Shown here one piece after another: positions 11,698-23,985 of a DNA stretch of 64,000 nucleotides. Position 1 is the stretch's first letter. The number at the start of each line of letters is the position of its first letter. A program made the position numbers and the translations under genes. The DNA is from Squalus acanthias (Eukaryota), in assembly GCA_030390025.1 (NCBI GenBank), contig CM059438.1, positions 64,792,001 to 64,856,000 of the forward strand, written 5' to 3'. The notes beneath the pieces were generated by a model that was given only the letters and a program-made list of their open reading frames with translations, made no database searches and was not told the origin of the DNA.

Positions 11698-12014
11698 CTG
11701 TTCTTCACAGTACCACATCCTCCTGCACTTTGCATTATTGTACGATCATGTTAAAAACAGCTTTAGAAACTGAATAAACTTCAAGTATCATTTAACCCAT
11801 CTGAAATTTACATCATATAACATCCTCCTGAAGAAATTAGCTCATGACTACTTCTCACATGCTTCAATCAGTGGGTCTGAGTTCTGGCCTTAAATGTCAT
11901 TGGTTTGGCTTTCACTTTAGTGAAACTGTTTATATCCAGACTATAATTTGATCATGCTGTTCAGATCAGTTCCATAAAACACTTAAGTTTCACCCTTGTA
12001 ACTTATAATGTTGG

Positions 12015-12110
12015 AACATAAAAACATGAGAAATAGGAGCAGAAGTAGGCCATACGCCCCCTCAAGCCTGGTCAGCCATTCAATAAGATCATTGCTGATC
12101 GTCTACCTAT
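12015..12110 (-). mobile_element. CR1 3' tail fragment
   Basis: gaacataaaaacatgagaaataggagcagaagtaggcc matches the other CR1 tails. Confidence 0.7.
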
Positions 12111-12314
12111 GGCTGCTCTGCTACATACCAAACCCTGACCAAAGACATGAATCCTTGGAGTAAATTATAACACTTGTACACCATGTTTGGTATCCATTTG
12201 TGCTTTACACCTCCATCAAGTAACAGTCACAATCGTTACTTTGTCAGATCATTGTAAAATGATGGGCTTTATCTATTTCTTGGCAAATTCCCCATTCCTG
12301 GTACCTGTTGTTAT

Positions 12315-12782
12315 AAAAGAAAGACTTGCATTTATATAGCGCCTTTCACGACCACCGGACGTCTCAAAGCACTTTACAGCCAATGAAGTACTTTTTTGAA
12401 GTGCAGTCACTGTTGTAATCTAGGAAACGCGGCAGCCAATTTGCGCACAGCAAACTCCCACTAACAGCAATGTGAAAATGACCAGATTATCTGTTTTTGG
12501 TATGTTGGTTGAGGGAGAAATATTGGCCAGGACATCAGGGATAACTCCCCTGCTCTTCTTCTAAATAGTGCCATGGGATCTTTTACATCCACCTGAGAGG
12601 ACAGACGGGGCCTCGGTTTAACGTCTCATCTGAAAGACGGCACCTCCGACAGTGCAGCGCTCCCTCAGCACTGCACTGGAGTGTCAGCCTAACTTTATGT
12701 GCTCAAGTCCCTGGAGTGGGACTTGAACCCACAACCTTCTGACTGAGAGCCAAGTGTGCTACCAACTGAGCCGCAGCTGACA
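12315..12782 (-). mobile_element. Deu-SINE, full length
   Basis: Collinear with 2134-2607. Confidence 0.88.
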
Positions 12783-12915
12783 TGATGAAACTTCTAAAAA
12801 TTGAGTTGCAATGAATTCTCATGCCAACAGTTTCAGACTCCTTTGTGTAAAGTCTCCAAGTATATTCCTCTACAGCTTCTCACAAAACCAATTACATATT
12901 ACATAATATAACATA

Positions 12916-13814
12916 AAGTGAAAAATTCGGTACCTTAGTGCCTCCTGTTAGCGCCAGCAGATGGCACTAACGGGGTGCTAGAGCATTATTGCCGGGGCAC
13001 AGCAAATCCAATGCCGCACGCCAAATTCCGTACCCCCCCTTCTCAGCGCTGCCACTAACAGTTATTGTAGGCAAGGTGTGAAATGTGTGTGTGTGTGTGT
13101 GTTGGTAGGTAGAGATTGTCAGTGGGTGAGTGCTGGGGGTGTGGTGCTTTGGGCAGTGTGTGAGGTCTGTGGTTCAGATGGTGGTATGTAGCATTTGTTG
13201 AAGCATTCGCTTTCCCTGACCACCCGAGTGAGGTTATTCAATTTCTTCCTGCACTGTGTGTGGGTCCTGGGGACCACAGTGCTGCCCGAGACCTGCTGGG
13301 CTGCCTCCCTCCACATGGTGCGGAGGACTTGTGCCGAGGGCCTCCTGCCACTTGCTGGGTACAGCACCGCCCTCCATCTCTCCACAGTGAACACCAATGC
13401 CTCCAATGCTTGATCGCTGAATCTGTGGGCTCTCTCCCTGGGGCGTTGATCTGCCATGAGTACAGCTGCTTCAGTTCCGGCTCCTTCTCTTTGACCGTCT
13501 GCTGCTTGCTGAGGTAGCTGCACAGCCAACAATGCTGAGAATGAGGTTCTGCAGCATCAATGAGCCTCCCCTTTAAGAACTGGAAAAAGCCTGTGGCAAT
13601 CATGACTTGCGATTAGACTGTACCTGATATTGTTCCATCTTTTGCGTGTAATGCCAATGAGCTTGGGCTTAAAGACTTGAATTAGCGCTCCAATCATTTC
13701 TTTGAGCAGTGAGAATGAATTTTGCGTGCAGTCTAAAGCATTAGCGCCCGGTGCTAATTCTCCAACTTTTCTAATGATACCGCCCATTCCTGAGCTATAA
13801 GGAATTTCTAGCCC
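12916..13814 (-). mobile_element. Internally deleted Harbinger retaining Myb/SANT exon 1
   Basis: Ends AAGTGAAAAATT / AATTTCTAGCCC, TSD ATA; ORF ...RERAHRFSDQALEALV...WREAAQQVS...RTHTQCRKKLNNLTRVV homologous to 17471-17707. Confidence 0.8.
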
Positions 13815-14419
13815 ATAGTATTTGCAGCACAGAGACTGGCCATTCAGTCCAACTGGTCTGTGCCGGTGTTGATGCTCCATACCAGTCTCCTCGCGCCCTT
13901 CTTCATCTGAGCCCATCAATATAATCCTTCTAATTCTTTCTCCCTCATGTGTTCACCTAGCTTCCCCTTAAATGCATCATTGCTGGCAATCCATGTTGCT
14001 CTCCAGTAAGAGAAGGTGGTGTTTACCAGTACCCAAAAGCTGGTTAAAAGCTGATGGGGTAATTGGCCTATAGCCAGCATTGAAGGAATTAAGCTTAAAA
14101 GTTTGGCAGGTGGCCCAACAGCAGTGGTGGGAGGCCACCTCCCCTCAACTTGTCCCACTCTGCAGACTAAGGTGTCAGTTCGGCAAACACACACCTGAGC
14201 TATATTGCCCATCACCCATTCACATCAACGCAAAATGTGTTGTCGAACTGGACTGTAAAATAAATCTTAGTTTGCTTTCGCTGCAAACGTCACTCTTGTT
14301 TTATATAGAATTGAGGACAGAAATTTGTTCCTCTTGTGCTAAACTCAACAGACCCGATGAGAGATGAGCATTTGGCATGAAGAGCAGTTTCACTCTCAAC
14401 CAGTGAGTTAAAAATGCAG

Positions 14420-14483
14420 TAAAGAGAGAAAATGTTGGACCACACTCAGCAGGTCAGGCAGCATCTGAGAGAAACAGATTTAA
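14420..14483 (-). mobile_element. Penelope family B terminal fragment
   Basis: cacactcagcaggtcaggcagcatctg matches 23737-23762. Confidence 0.6.
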
Positions 14484-17470
14484 TGGCCCAGACTTTAACC
14501 CCACACCCCGTCCAGCGGGAATGGTGCACGGAATGGGTTAAAATTTAAAAATTCTACCTGCTGGCTCCAACCCACCACCTTCCTGGCCGTTTACATTTTC
14601 ACTACCCCGAATCAGGCCATTGATGAGGCTCCTGCAGAAGGCAGGCTGGGGCCTAGTTAATATTCAAAAGGCGTGGCCTGCAGACATCATCAGAGCACCC
14701 CCACCCCTCCCTACCTCCCCACCCCACCCCTCAAGGAGTCCTTGGGCCTCCCCAGCACCAACTCCCCCACCCCCCGATCTCACTGGAACTCCTGAACCTC
14801 GATCTCCTGCAAAGCCGTCCTTCCACTGACTGCCGGGGAGCATCCCCACGGGTCCCCTGCTGCAGCCTCCTGCCGCTAAATTTCTACTCCCACTCGCCGG
14901 CCAGGCAGACTTCCTCTCTTTTCCCCCCTTTCCTCCTCTTCTTTACCCCTTTACACGTCTCTATGCTCCGAAGAGAAAACGCACTTTTTGAACTGGTAAG
15001 AGCAAGGATTTCTTTTTTCCAAAAACAAGGATCAAATTGGCTGAGGAAATTATCCCCTTGTAACACTATCATTTAACACAAGTGAGCAAGGCTAACCAGA
15101 GGTCACTGGGTGTACTGGGAATGGTGAAGGGCGGCAGACACTGCGGCTGTTTCTCTCTTTCTGAAGATGTACAAAGATAAAACATTCCCTTTGATGACCA
15201 TGCCTTGATTCTTTAATTATTAATAAATGAAAAGTGGTATTTACATTCAGTAACTCAACCGGACTTCCAACGTCAAAGCTACAAAGCAAACTGCAAAGGA
15301 GCAGTTCTGTTTCCCTAACTTATTACATCTAATTACTAATCAATATTAACTTAATATGAGAAACAAACCAATATGGTCTCATTATTAATATTGATCATTG
15401 TAAACCAGGTCGCGTCAAGTGACAGACTGAAGTGTATTGTTCAGTTCAACATATTCTATGCTCAATCTATTCTGTTCTTTCTTTCTCTCAGATTGCCGCA
15501 CACACAGTTAAAAATCCCTCTGATCTCAATCTTGCTGCTATCCACGTTCCACCTTTCAATTTCCATCTGAGCCCATTTTTAATGCTCACTAATTCTCACA
15601 CGACCTCTGTACCCTTCCCAGTCTCCGTGGCTTTACGACTCTCGGGGGTGACGTTGCTCTTATCGTGCAGGCAAGGTTTTAATTGGGAGTTAAATCTTCT
15701 TCCCATTTACTTTAGTGGCCCATTTCCCTTTACAACCAGTTAGGCCAACTGTGCGAACTGAGGCAGCTCCCCGGAGCACGGCAAATCTGAATCAGCTCAC
15801 TGAACAGGCTGCAAAAAAGGATAGGCCGACTACTGACTGGCTCATTCTGCTTGACAAGCCTGCCCCGACCAAGGCAAAAGCAGTTGGCGCACAGCTCAAT
15901 GGTGGGGTGGGTGTGGGGAGGGGGGGGAACGTTGATAGCATGGAGGAAGTGGGCAGAATGTTGGGCACCAGGCAGGCAGGGAGAGGCTGGATGAGCATTG
16001 GGCAGATAGGTGAACTGGGAGCAAAGGAGCAGTTGGCATCGAACAAGGAGTCGGCAGAGGCAGATGTTGTGCACTTCAGTTTTGCTCACCCAACATTTCC
16101 CTCAGGCTCTGGCTCCGGCTCCAACTTTAAATTACCCCAAGACCTTAACTCCTCGGTTTATCTCAGAGGCGAGCAGTGCCAACTGCTGCCGTTTGGCAAC
16201 GTGGAGATGAAGAGGCAAGGTGCTCCAAACGCTGAGTCCGGCTTGAATTTTGCCTGTTTTGTTTATGACAGAGGTAATCAAGTTGAAGCCTATGATTCAG
16301 ACTCTTCCACCTGAAGAAGACGTGCAGGGTAAAGCCCAGGATTTTGAAGACCCCAGTAGCCTCGCGCAATGTTTTCTACCTCACGGTATCTTTTTTTCGG
16401 GCCTAAACTGAAATGAGGCTCAGAGGGCAAGTCAGCTACCACCCTGTTCATGCTGAGACAACGATCATCTCCCTCACCTCCTTGGAATAACTCTTGTTTA
16501 TTTCCATCCATCAGGTATTTTAAAATCAATATGGAATAAACACTTTCTATTTATTGTACATAAAAGCACACTCTGTGGATGAAACATATGCACATGTATC
16601 TATATAGAAGATGGAAGATAGAATGTTGATGTATAGAATGTAAAAGCAAGGATGTACTATTGCAGTTATAGTGAGCACTGGACAAACCTCAGTTGGAATA
16701 TTGTGTCCATCTTTGGATAGAATAGAGAGGACTTGGAGAGGAGTTGACTGGTGATTGATCAAGATGAAACCTTGTCACACTCAATTGTCTGCTTTTCTGA
16801 TATGGGTGACTTGTATCTGATTCTCATTACACCAAACATGTACGTATTCACACTGCAACTTGTCAACTTTTAGAACATAAGAATTTTTTGGAATAGGAAA
16901 AGCGTACGGCAAGCCTTTCCCATTGTTCAATCCTACCTAATCAACATATCCCTCATTCCCTTATCCAAAAAGCCATCTAGTTGCCTCTCGAGCCGATTAA
17001 TGTTGTCCATTAATAAACTTCCATTAACTTTGTTGGTAACTTGTTTCACAAGTCTCTTACCCTTTGAGAGAAGTTTGCCCTCACTTCCCTTTTTACTCCT
17101 AGGGGGAGAAATTCAGTATCGTCCCGTTTGGGGCGCGATTATCGGCTGGACGCAAAGTTTAGCACCTGGCGCTAATTATCACCTCCGACTGCAAACTTGA
17201 CTTTTATCGCCCCTGGAGGTCTGGAGGTGATTGGAGCGCTAAATCAGGCGCTACACACCTGTCTTAAGGTGCAAAGGCCGAGGAGCGAGGCGCTAACTCA
17301 CAGCGCGGGCGCAGCACAGGTGATGTCAGTTAGCGATGGAACACAGACACACTGGCGCTGGCCAGTTCTTAAAGGGGAGGGTCGATCTTGCTCTCCAGCC
17401 ACACCCTGCTCATTGGAGCCTTGAATCTCAGCCTGGAGAGACCCATGCCTAAATTTTCCAGCCAAGGACT

Positions 17471-19278
17471 ATGGAGAGGGTGAGAGAACGAGCTCAGCGC
17501 TTCAGCGAGCAGGCCTTGGAGGCTCTGGTTGGCGCGGTGGAGCGCAGAAGAGCTATACTGTACCCTGAGAGTGGCAGGAGGCCTTTGCCATTCGACTACA
17601 GAAGAGTGTGGAGGGAGGTGGCTCAGCACGTCTCCTCCAGGAGCATGGTGCCCAGGACCCATACTCAATGTTGCAAAAAGTTCAACAACCTCACTCGGGT
17701 CGTCAGTGTGAGTGTTGTTTTTTCAATACCCCTCCATCTCAACCTCACTCTATGGCCAGAGGATCTTAAAACCCCAATGCCCAACACTCATGCAACAGCT
17801 ATGGCCCTCTCAAAAAACACACACGCACATTTCACACCTTCCATACAGTAAGGACTATTCAACTATGGGAGGCACATCAGGCAAGAGCATGGCTGCATAC
17901 AGTAAGGGCTATTCAACTATGGGAGGCACATCAGGCAAGACCATGGCTGTATATTTACTCAGACGCCGTCCTTTTTCTTGCAGGCCAAGCTATGTCATAA
18001 TAGGAGACAGCAGCAACGGACGGGTGGAGGGCGGCCTCAGCTGCAACCCCTCAGTGATCTTGAGCATGTCCACAGGATTGTGGCAAACCAGGTGATCGGT
18101 CCCGTTGCCCCTGGAGAGGTCGACCCCGTTCGGGACAGCAAGGTAAGGCCATCAGCTTTCTCTCCTCTCTCATTCCACTTGTCCCTCACAAGACCAGCCT
18201 TTGACACTTTCAATCCAACTTACTAAATCGCTGCACTCATTCCTCCCTTACTGCCCCCCTGTCCTGACGCTAAAGCCATTCTTGTACCTCCCTGCTTTCA
18301 GATGGTGATTCAGCAGCTGAGGAGACGGGCCCTGAAGCTGCCAGTGGGAGTGAAGCTGCAGCCGAGGAGGAAGAGGAAGCTGGAGCCTCAGCGCCACCCT
18401 CTCCTGAGGAAGCCCATGCCCACACTGGGACCACGTCTTCCCTGGAGGGGAGCAGGGGGGAAGGGTCTGATGAGGGTGAAGCTCCGGGACCCAGCGAGTT
18501 GCAGCAACGCAATGTGGGTAGGGAAGCTCGGGGGCCTTCTCCCCGGAGGGAGAGTAGGCCAGCGAGTCCTGCTGCACTGGATGCAGAGGAGGAGCGGCTC
18601 ATCGCTGAAATGAACACCCAGGCGGTGGACATGCACACTGAGCTCATGGGTGCAGTGGGAAGGGTGCCCGAAAGCATTGATGCACTGGCAAGGAGTGTGG
18701 AGCACTACGCTGTAGCACAGGCTGATGCCACACTAATGCTTAGTGCTGCAATTCAGTCACTGGCTGCCGTGATCCAATCTCAGACTGCTCTCATGCAGAC
18801 TCAGATTAAGGCCATGCAAGCACTGACTGCTGCCATTGTCGCTGGTTCGGACACATTTCCCCAGGGCTCTCACCGCGCCGCAGCAGGCCAGCAATCTGTG
18901 CTCCAGCAGATTGCTCCGGATGCTGAGGTGCTGCCCCATGGGAGTGCCAGTGTGTCGGTCGAGCAGGGAGTTGCTGTCCTCTCTCAAGATGACAGCATTC
19001 CTGCTGCCACCACTGTCACTTCCCCATTGCACTTGCCACCGCCTGTAGGACAGACTGCTGCCGCCAATGCAGAGTTGGTGCAGTCTGCAGCCGGGCCCTC
19101 CAGGCCCAGAGCTGGTCGAGACCATCCTTCAAGGGCATCTGTAGTCTCAGGTTCTGACAATCAGCAGCCTTCCACCAGCCTTGCTGCAGCCACTGGGGAC
19201 CCATTACGGAGGAGCAGTAGGGTGGGAAGGGGGGAAGTGCGCAAGGGAAGGAGATCAGCCTCGAAGGGCAAAAAGTAG
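17471..19278 (+). pseudogene. Harbinger Myb/SANT-like DNA-binding protein gene, 3 exons (17471-17707, 17984-18142, 18302-19278)
   Basis: RF..ALEALV..W..VA..RT..QC.KKFNNL motif; donors gtgagt/gtaagg; acceptors cttgcag/ctttcag; exon 2 has RRQQQRTGGG; exon 3 acidic, then Ala/Gln heptad-like, then basic tail; exon 2/3 phase is off by 1 nt in this copy. Confidence 0.82.
17842..17949. repeat. 54-bp tandem duplication in intron 1 of the Myb-like gene
   Basis: catacagtaagg(a/g)ctattcaactatgggaggcacatcaggcaaga(g/c)catggctg x2. Confidence 0.9.
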
Positions 19279-19589
19279 GAGGTGCGACGAAATGTTGGGA
19301 ATGTTTTTATTAAAGGCCGAGGTTCGTGTAATAACTTTTGTTAAGTGTTTTGGCCATTATCTCCAGGTTGTGAGAACCAGTTATGTTAATTAATGATATT
19401 TTGTGTTTGTTTCTATTACTTTGTCATGAAGAAATGACACACACAGAGTTTGTAAAATAAAAAAGTTTTTGTATTCAAAATGTACATGTTTGGCCTTTGG
19501 AATCATTGCTGCCTTGGCCGGCTTTGGGGTTGCGGGTTGCTTTCCATCATGTTGTTCTCCATGCCAGAAGCCATTTCCTCAGTAGGGGC

Positions 19590-20726
19590 CTAGAAGCGGC
19601 TTGTTATCAGTCGTTGACGGACGGCCCTTGCAGTTTCAACATTGTGGACCTCCCTCCCGCCGTGGTGCTGCTGCTGATCATCCTCCTCCTCTTTCTCCTC
19701 CTCTTCCTCCTCCTCCGGTGGTGCACCAAGGCCTGGTGGCATTGGCTTGTTCCTGAGGATTGCCAGGTTATGAAGAATGCAGCACACAACTATGAAGAGG
19801 GAGACTCGCTCAGGCGAGTACTGCAGAGCTCCTCCTGAGTGGTCCAGACAGCGGAACCATTGCTTGAGCACGCCGATCGTCTGCTCAATGATGTTCCTGG
19901 TGGTGAGATGGCTCTCATTGTACTGCAGCTCAGCAGGGGTGTTGGGGTTACGGAGCGGTGTCATCAGCCAGGTGCACAGTGGATAACCCTTGTCCCCAAG
20001 GAGCCAACCACTTGGCTGATGCGGTGCCTGTAAAAGGTCTGGCACACCAGTCTGGCTGCTGCCAAGATAGCGGGCATTGATGGCGAGTATCAGCTGTCTG
20101 TGGTCACAGACCAACTGAACATTTAAGGAGTGGAACCCCTTGCGGTTTCAGAAAACCTCTGCATTCTCATGCGGTGCCCACAATGACACATGCGTGCAGT
20201 CAATGGCGCCCTGCACCATGGGGAAGCCCGCTATCTTCGCAAAGCCCAATGCGCGTTCATGCTGTTTTGCCCGGGTCATCGGGAAAGAGATGTACTGGCG
20301 TCTCCTTTTATAGAGGGCATTTGTAACCTGACGGATACAGCAATGGACCGCGAACTGGGAGATATTGGCGATGTCCCCAGTAGCTGCTTGAAATGAGCCA
20401 GTGGCATAAAAGTTCAGAGCCACTGTGACCTTCACTGCCACCGACAGAGACATCCTGTTCCTCAGTTGAGGCTGCAGATCTGGCTGCAGCAGGTGGCAGA
20501 GCTCAGTGACCACCTCTTTGCTGAAGTACAGCCTGCGCAAACACTGCTCCTCAGACAAATTAATGTAGGAGAATTGTTCTTGGAATACCCTGGGCGGGTA
20601 AGGTCTCCTGTGCAGAGGCCTGTTGGCCCTCCTCCGTCTGGCCATGATTGCCACTCTCGCTCTGCGTCTCTGTTGCCTCCGATTCTGCAGGCGCAGGACG
20701 ACGCCCCGAATCAGTGCAGCCCCCAA
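19590..20726 (-). pseudogene. HARBI1-like Harbinger DDE transposase, inactivated
   Basis: [55 protein letters not shown]; in-frame TGA at 20148-20150; the HDAFIL segment after GSS is deleted. Confidence 0.93.
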
Positions 20727-21326
20727 AGTCTCTTGACAATCGAAGTAATGAAGGTCAAATCCAAAGGAACCTGCAAAGTGATGCTCAGTAGCCAAAACTA
20801 CTTCACACAGCGTTGACTCTATGCAGAAGTCTCTCGCTCTCTCTGTCAGAATGAGTGGTGCAAAGATGTCTACCACAAAAAAAGGCAGGAAGAGGGTAGC
20901 CTTTAAATAGCGCCCCCCCCAGCCCCTCACTGACTGGAAAACGTTCCAGTCTCCCTGTCGTTGCTTGCGGCAGGCGGAAAGAAGGGGGGCGCCACTCAAT
21001 ATCCGGTCCGAGGCGCCACCAGGGCGTTGCACTCTCGACTGACGTGACGATCTGCGGGCGCAGGAGATCGGGGCAGTAGACTTTTGCGCCGCCGCAAAAA
21101 CTCTGGTCAATTTCGCGAGCAGTGCAAACATTGCCGCACCCGGGCGCTAGTTGCTTTGCGCCCCATTAACGCCCTCTTAGGGTGTTAATGAGAGGCGCAA
21201 AGCAACCAAATTTCCCCCCCTAATCTTTAACTTACATCCTTTGAATTTGAGCTGGGTCAGCTGAAATTCCGAGTCAATCTTGAAAATTTCAAAAAGGCCA
21301 CCTTGAAAGAAAGAACTTTGTCGAAT

Positions 21327-21725
21327 GCCTTTCATGTTCTTGGAGTGTCCCAAAGCACTTCCCAACCAGTGGAGAACTTCTGAAACTTCTGAAACAGTCA
21401 TTGTTGCTTTGTAGGCAGGTATGGTAAGCACACAGCAAGGTCCCACAAATGAATGGTGACAAGATCATCTCTTTCTGGTGGTGTTGTTTGTGAGAGAAAT
21501 ATTGGCTAGAATACGACCTGCTCTTCCTGAAATAGTGCCACTGGATATTTTACACTTGAGCAGGCAGACGGAATCTTGCTTTAATCTGTCACCCAAAAAG
21601 AGCACCTCTGCCAACACAGCACTCCTTCATTACTATGCAACCAAGATCCTATGTTCAAGTCTGGAGTGGGACTTGAGCCCACAACCTTGTGACTCCGAGG
21701 CGTTACCGACTGAGCTTGCGTGACA
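21327..21725 (-). mobile_element. Highly degraded Deu-SINE
   Basis: Patchy collinearity with the SINE consensus (cacagcaaggtcccacaaa; gagtgggacttgagcccacaacctt). Confidence 0.7.
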
Positions 21726-21924
21726 TTTAGCTGCTTTCGTTATTTAAAGGAATATTTTTTAACCAGTTCATTGTGAAAGCAACACAGATTGTATCCTGGA
21801 AGGTTATTACTGAAATATTTTGCATGACATTTGAAGATGCTTTTATTTATTGTCACTGTAATGAAATGCAATTAAACTGTTGGATCCCACATGGTAGACT
21901 GGCCTGCTTTTGACATACACTGTG

Positions 21925-22377
21925 AAAAGAAAGAACTTGCATTTATCTAGCACCTTTCACAACCTTGGAACGCACTTTACAGCCAATGAAGTACTTCTGA
22001 AGTGTAGTCACTGCTGTAATGTAGGAAATGTGGCAGCCAATTTGTGCACAGCAAGGTCCCATAAACTGCAATGTGATCATGACCAGATCACCTCTTTTCA
22101 GGTGTTGGTTGAGGGATAAATATTGGCCAGGACACTGGGGAGAATTCCCCTGCTCTTCTTCAAAATAGTGCCATAGGATCTTTTATGTCCACCTGAGAGG
22201 GCAGACGGAGCCTCGATTTAACATCTCATTCGAAAGTCGGCACCTCCAACAGTGCAGCGCGCTCTCAGTACTGCACTGGAGTGTCAGCCTAGAAGTTATG
22301 CTCAAATCTCTGGAGTGGGGGCTTGAAGCCATGACCTTCTGACTCGGAGGCGAGTGTGCTACCAACTGAACCATGAC
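21925..22377 (-). mobile_element. Deu-SINE, full length
   Basis: Collinear with 12315-12782. Confidence 0.87.
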
Positions 22378-22568
22378 TCACAGTACAGACAACTTTCTAT
22401 GACCGACTTTATTGAACACATAGAACCACTGACTAGTTTTTCAAACAGAAGAAACAAGGTCTCTGGTATTCTTGCAGATAAAAGAAGTCTTGTGCTTGAC
22501 ACAAATGGTTTCCTGGCACCTCATTGTGAATCTGACTCCTGTTCCTTGTGCCTTTTATGCCTTTAATC

Positions 22569-22914
22569 TAGGACTGCCAACCTTCCAGGATTGTCCTGGA
22601 GCCTCCAGGAATTGAAGGTTAACCTCCAGGACACTGCTGCGAGCATTAAAAGAAATTCTGTGGGTTTTTTTCATTTTCTTTAAGCACTTATGTTTATTAG
22701 TTAGAACAATATTGGTTGCTGGGCTGACAGTCAAGAATCACCAGTCAGGTAATGAAGAGTCTGTTCTCTTTCCAATTGGTGGGGGAAGGCGGTTTGCCAT
22801 GAGGATGGAGGTGTTCGGCGACCAATGGCGGGAGTGAGGGGCGGGGCTGTTGGAGGCAGGCGGTCACGTGATGAAACCTCCAGGGACACATTCAACTGGG
22901 AGTTGGCAAACCTA
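22569..22914. mobile_element. Non-autonomous hAT-like element
   Basis: TIRs TAGGACTGCCAAC / GTTGGCAAACCTA, CTCCAGGA subterminal repeats; same family as 56103-56250. Confidence 0.75.
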
Positions 22915-23677
22915 CCGCAAAGCCCCTGGGTGCTGGTCTTGCATGGGTAGACACCTGTAACTGCATTTCCATGTGACTATCTGTGGGCCTGTTAAGAAGC
23001 GTGGTGTTAATGGCACTGAGTGCCAATGTTGGAGAGTGTTCCTTGCGTGGATTCCATGGAATCGGGAAGAGGATTTCAGGGTGGCAATGCTGAGCCTTAA
23101 TTCCACACCAGTGCATCTGCGTTCGTTTTAGGTGTTAACATCGTGAAAGGAAGCAGCACCAGAACTCGGGCCATGCAACCTGCATTCACGGATTGCATCG
23201 TCCAATCGCAGAAGTTTTGTTTTTCTACATGTCCTCTTCCACTCTACCTGTTTTGTGAACTATTTTCTCCGGTTTCCTTAATAACGTATCGGCCACTGCT
23301 GTGGTTCAGTTTCATGAACGGTGGTTGTCCTCCGTTACCCCCCCCAATTCGATAGTTGTGAGCCTAGACACTGAACGTCAGCAAGCTATTGAACTGTGGT
23401 GGCAACACAGCCCCATCCTGTGCTCAGCCTGACATCCACACGTGTACAATAGGAGTTACTGGAGGGCGATAAGGAGCAAAAAGCCTGACTATTTCCCCCC
23501 TCCCTAGCCCAGCACATTGAGGTAAATTGTAGCATCCCTCTTACCAACTGCATACAACTTTACCAACTTAGCTCTTTGACAGTCTCTGAATTGTATCGCT
23601 CTTGGCCAACAGAGCAAGCTGTTGACTTCTTTTTAGGCCTCGACCATCTCCACTATAAAACCAGACTTAATAGGTAA

Positions 23678-23985
23678 TACAAAAGCAAAATATTGCGGAT
23701 GCTGGAAATCTGAAATAAAAACAGAAAATGCTGGAAACACTCAGCAGGTCAGGCAGCATCTGTGGAGAGAGAAACAGAGTTAACGTTTCAGGTCGATGAC
23801 CCTTCGTCAGAACTGGAAAAAGTTGGAGATGGAACAGGTTTTTAAGCAAGTGCAGGGACAGGGAAAGGGGGGTGGGGGGGAGGAAAGAACAAAAGGGAAG
23901 GTCTGTGATGGGCTGGAAGGCAGGAGAGATTAAGAGACAAAAGGGATGATGGTGCAAGGCAAAAGGAGATGGTACTGGGAAAAGT
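23678..23985 (-). mobile_element. Penelope-like 3' end (family B)
   Basis: Nearly identical to 36237-36530; carries a hammerhead core. Confidence 0.75.
23778..23814 (-). ncRNA. Minimal hammerhead ribozyme motif (family B)
   Basis: AGUU-CUGACGA-AGGGUC(auc)GACCU-GAAA-CGUU-AACU. Confidence 0.72.

Larger units (their letters stand above)
17102..21219. mobile_element. Near full-length PIF/Harbinger DNA transposon (decayed autonomous copy)
   Basis: TIRs GGGGGAGAAATT / AATTTCCCCCC, CTA on both flanks (exact end ambiguous by 1 nt); convergent Myb-like and transposase genes. Confidence 0.93.

Noticed and set aside
11042..11777. Stacked 120-240-aa ORFs resembling membrane or Gly/Lys-rich proteins
   Set aside because: Produced by a stop-poor minisatellite in several frames at once
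15715..16314. 199-aa plus-strand ORF and a possible small exon at ~16272-16328
   Set aside because: No recognisable domain, low-complexity MITE-like composition, no supporting neighbouring exons
19590..21131. Host HARBI1 / NAIF1 domesticated genes
   Set aside because: TIRs, a nonsense codon, motif deletion and multiple related copies indicate transposon relics
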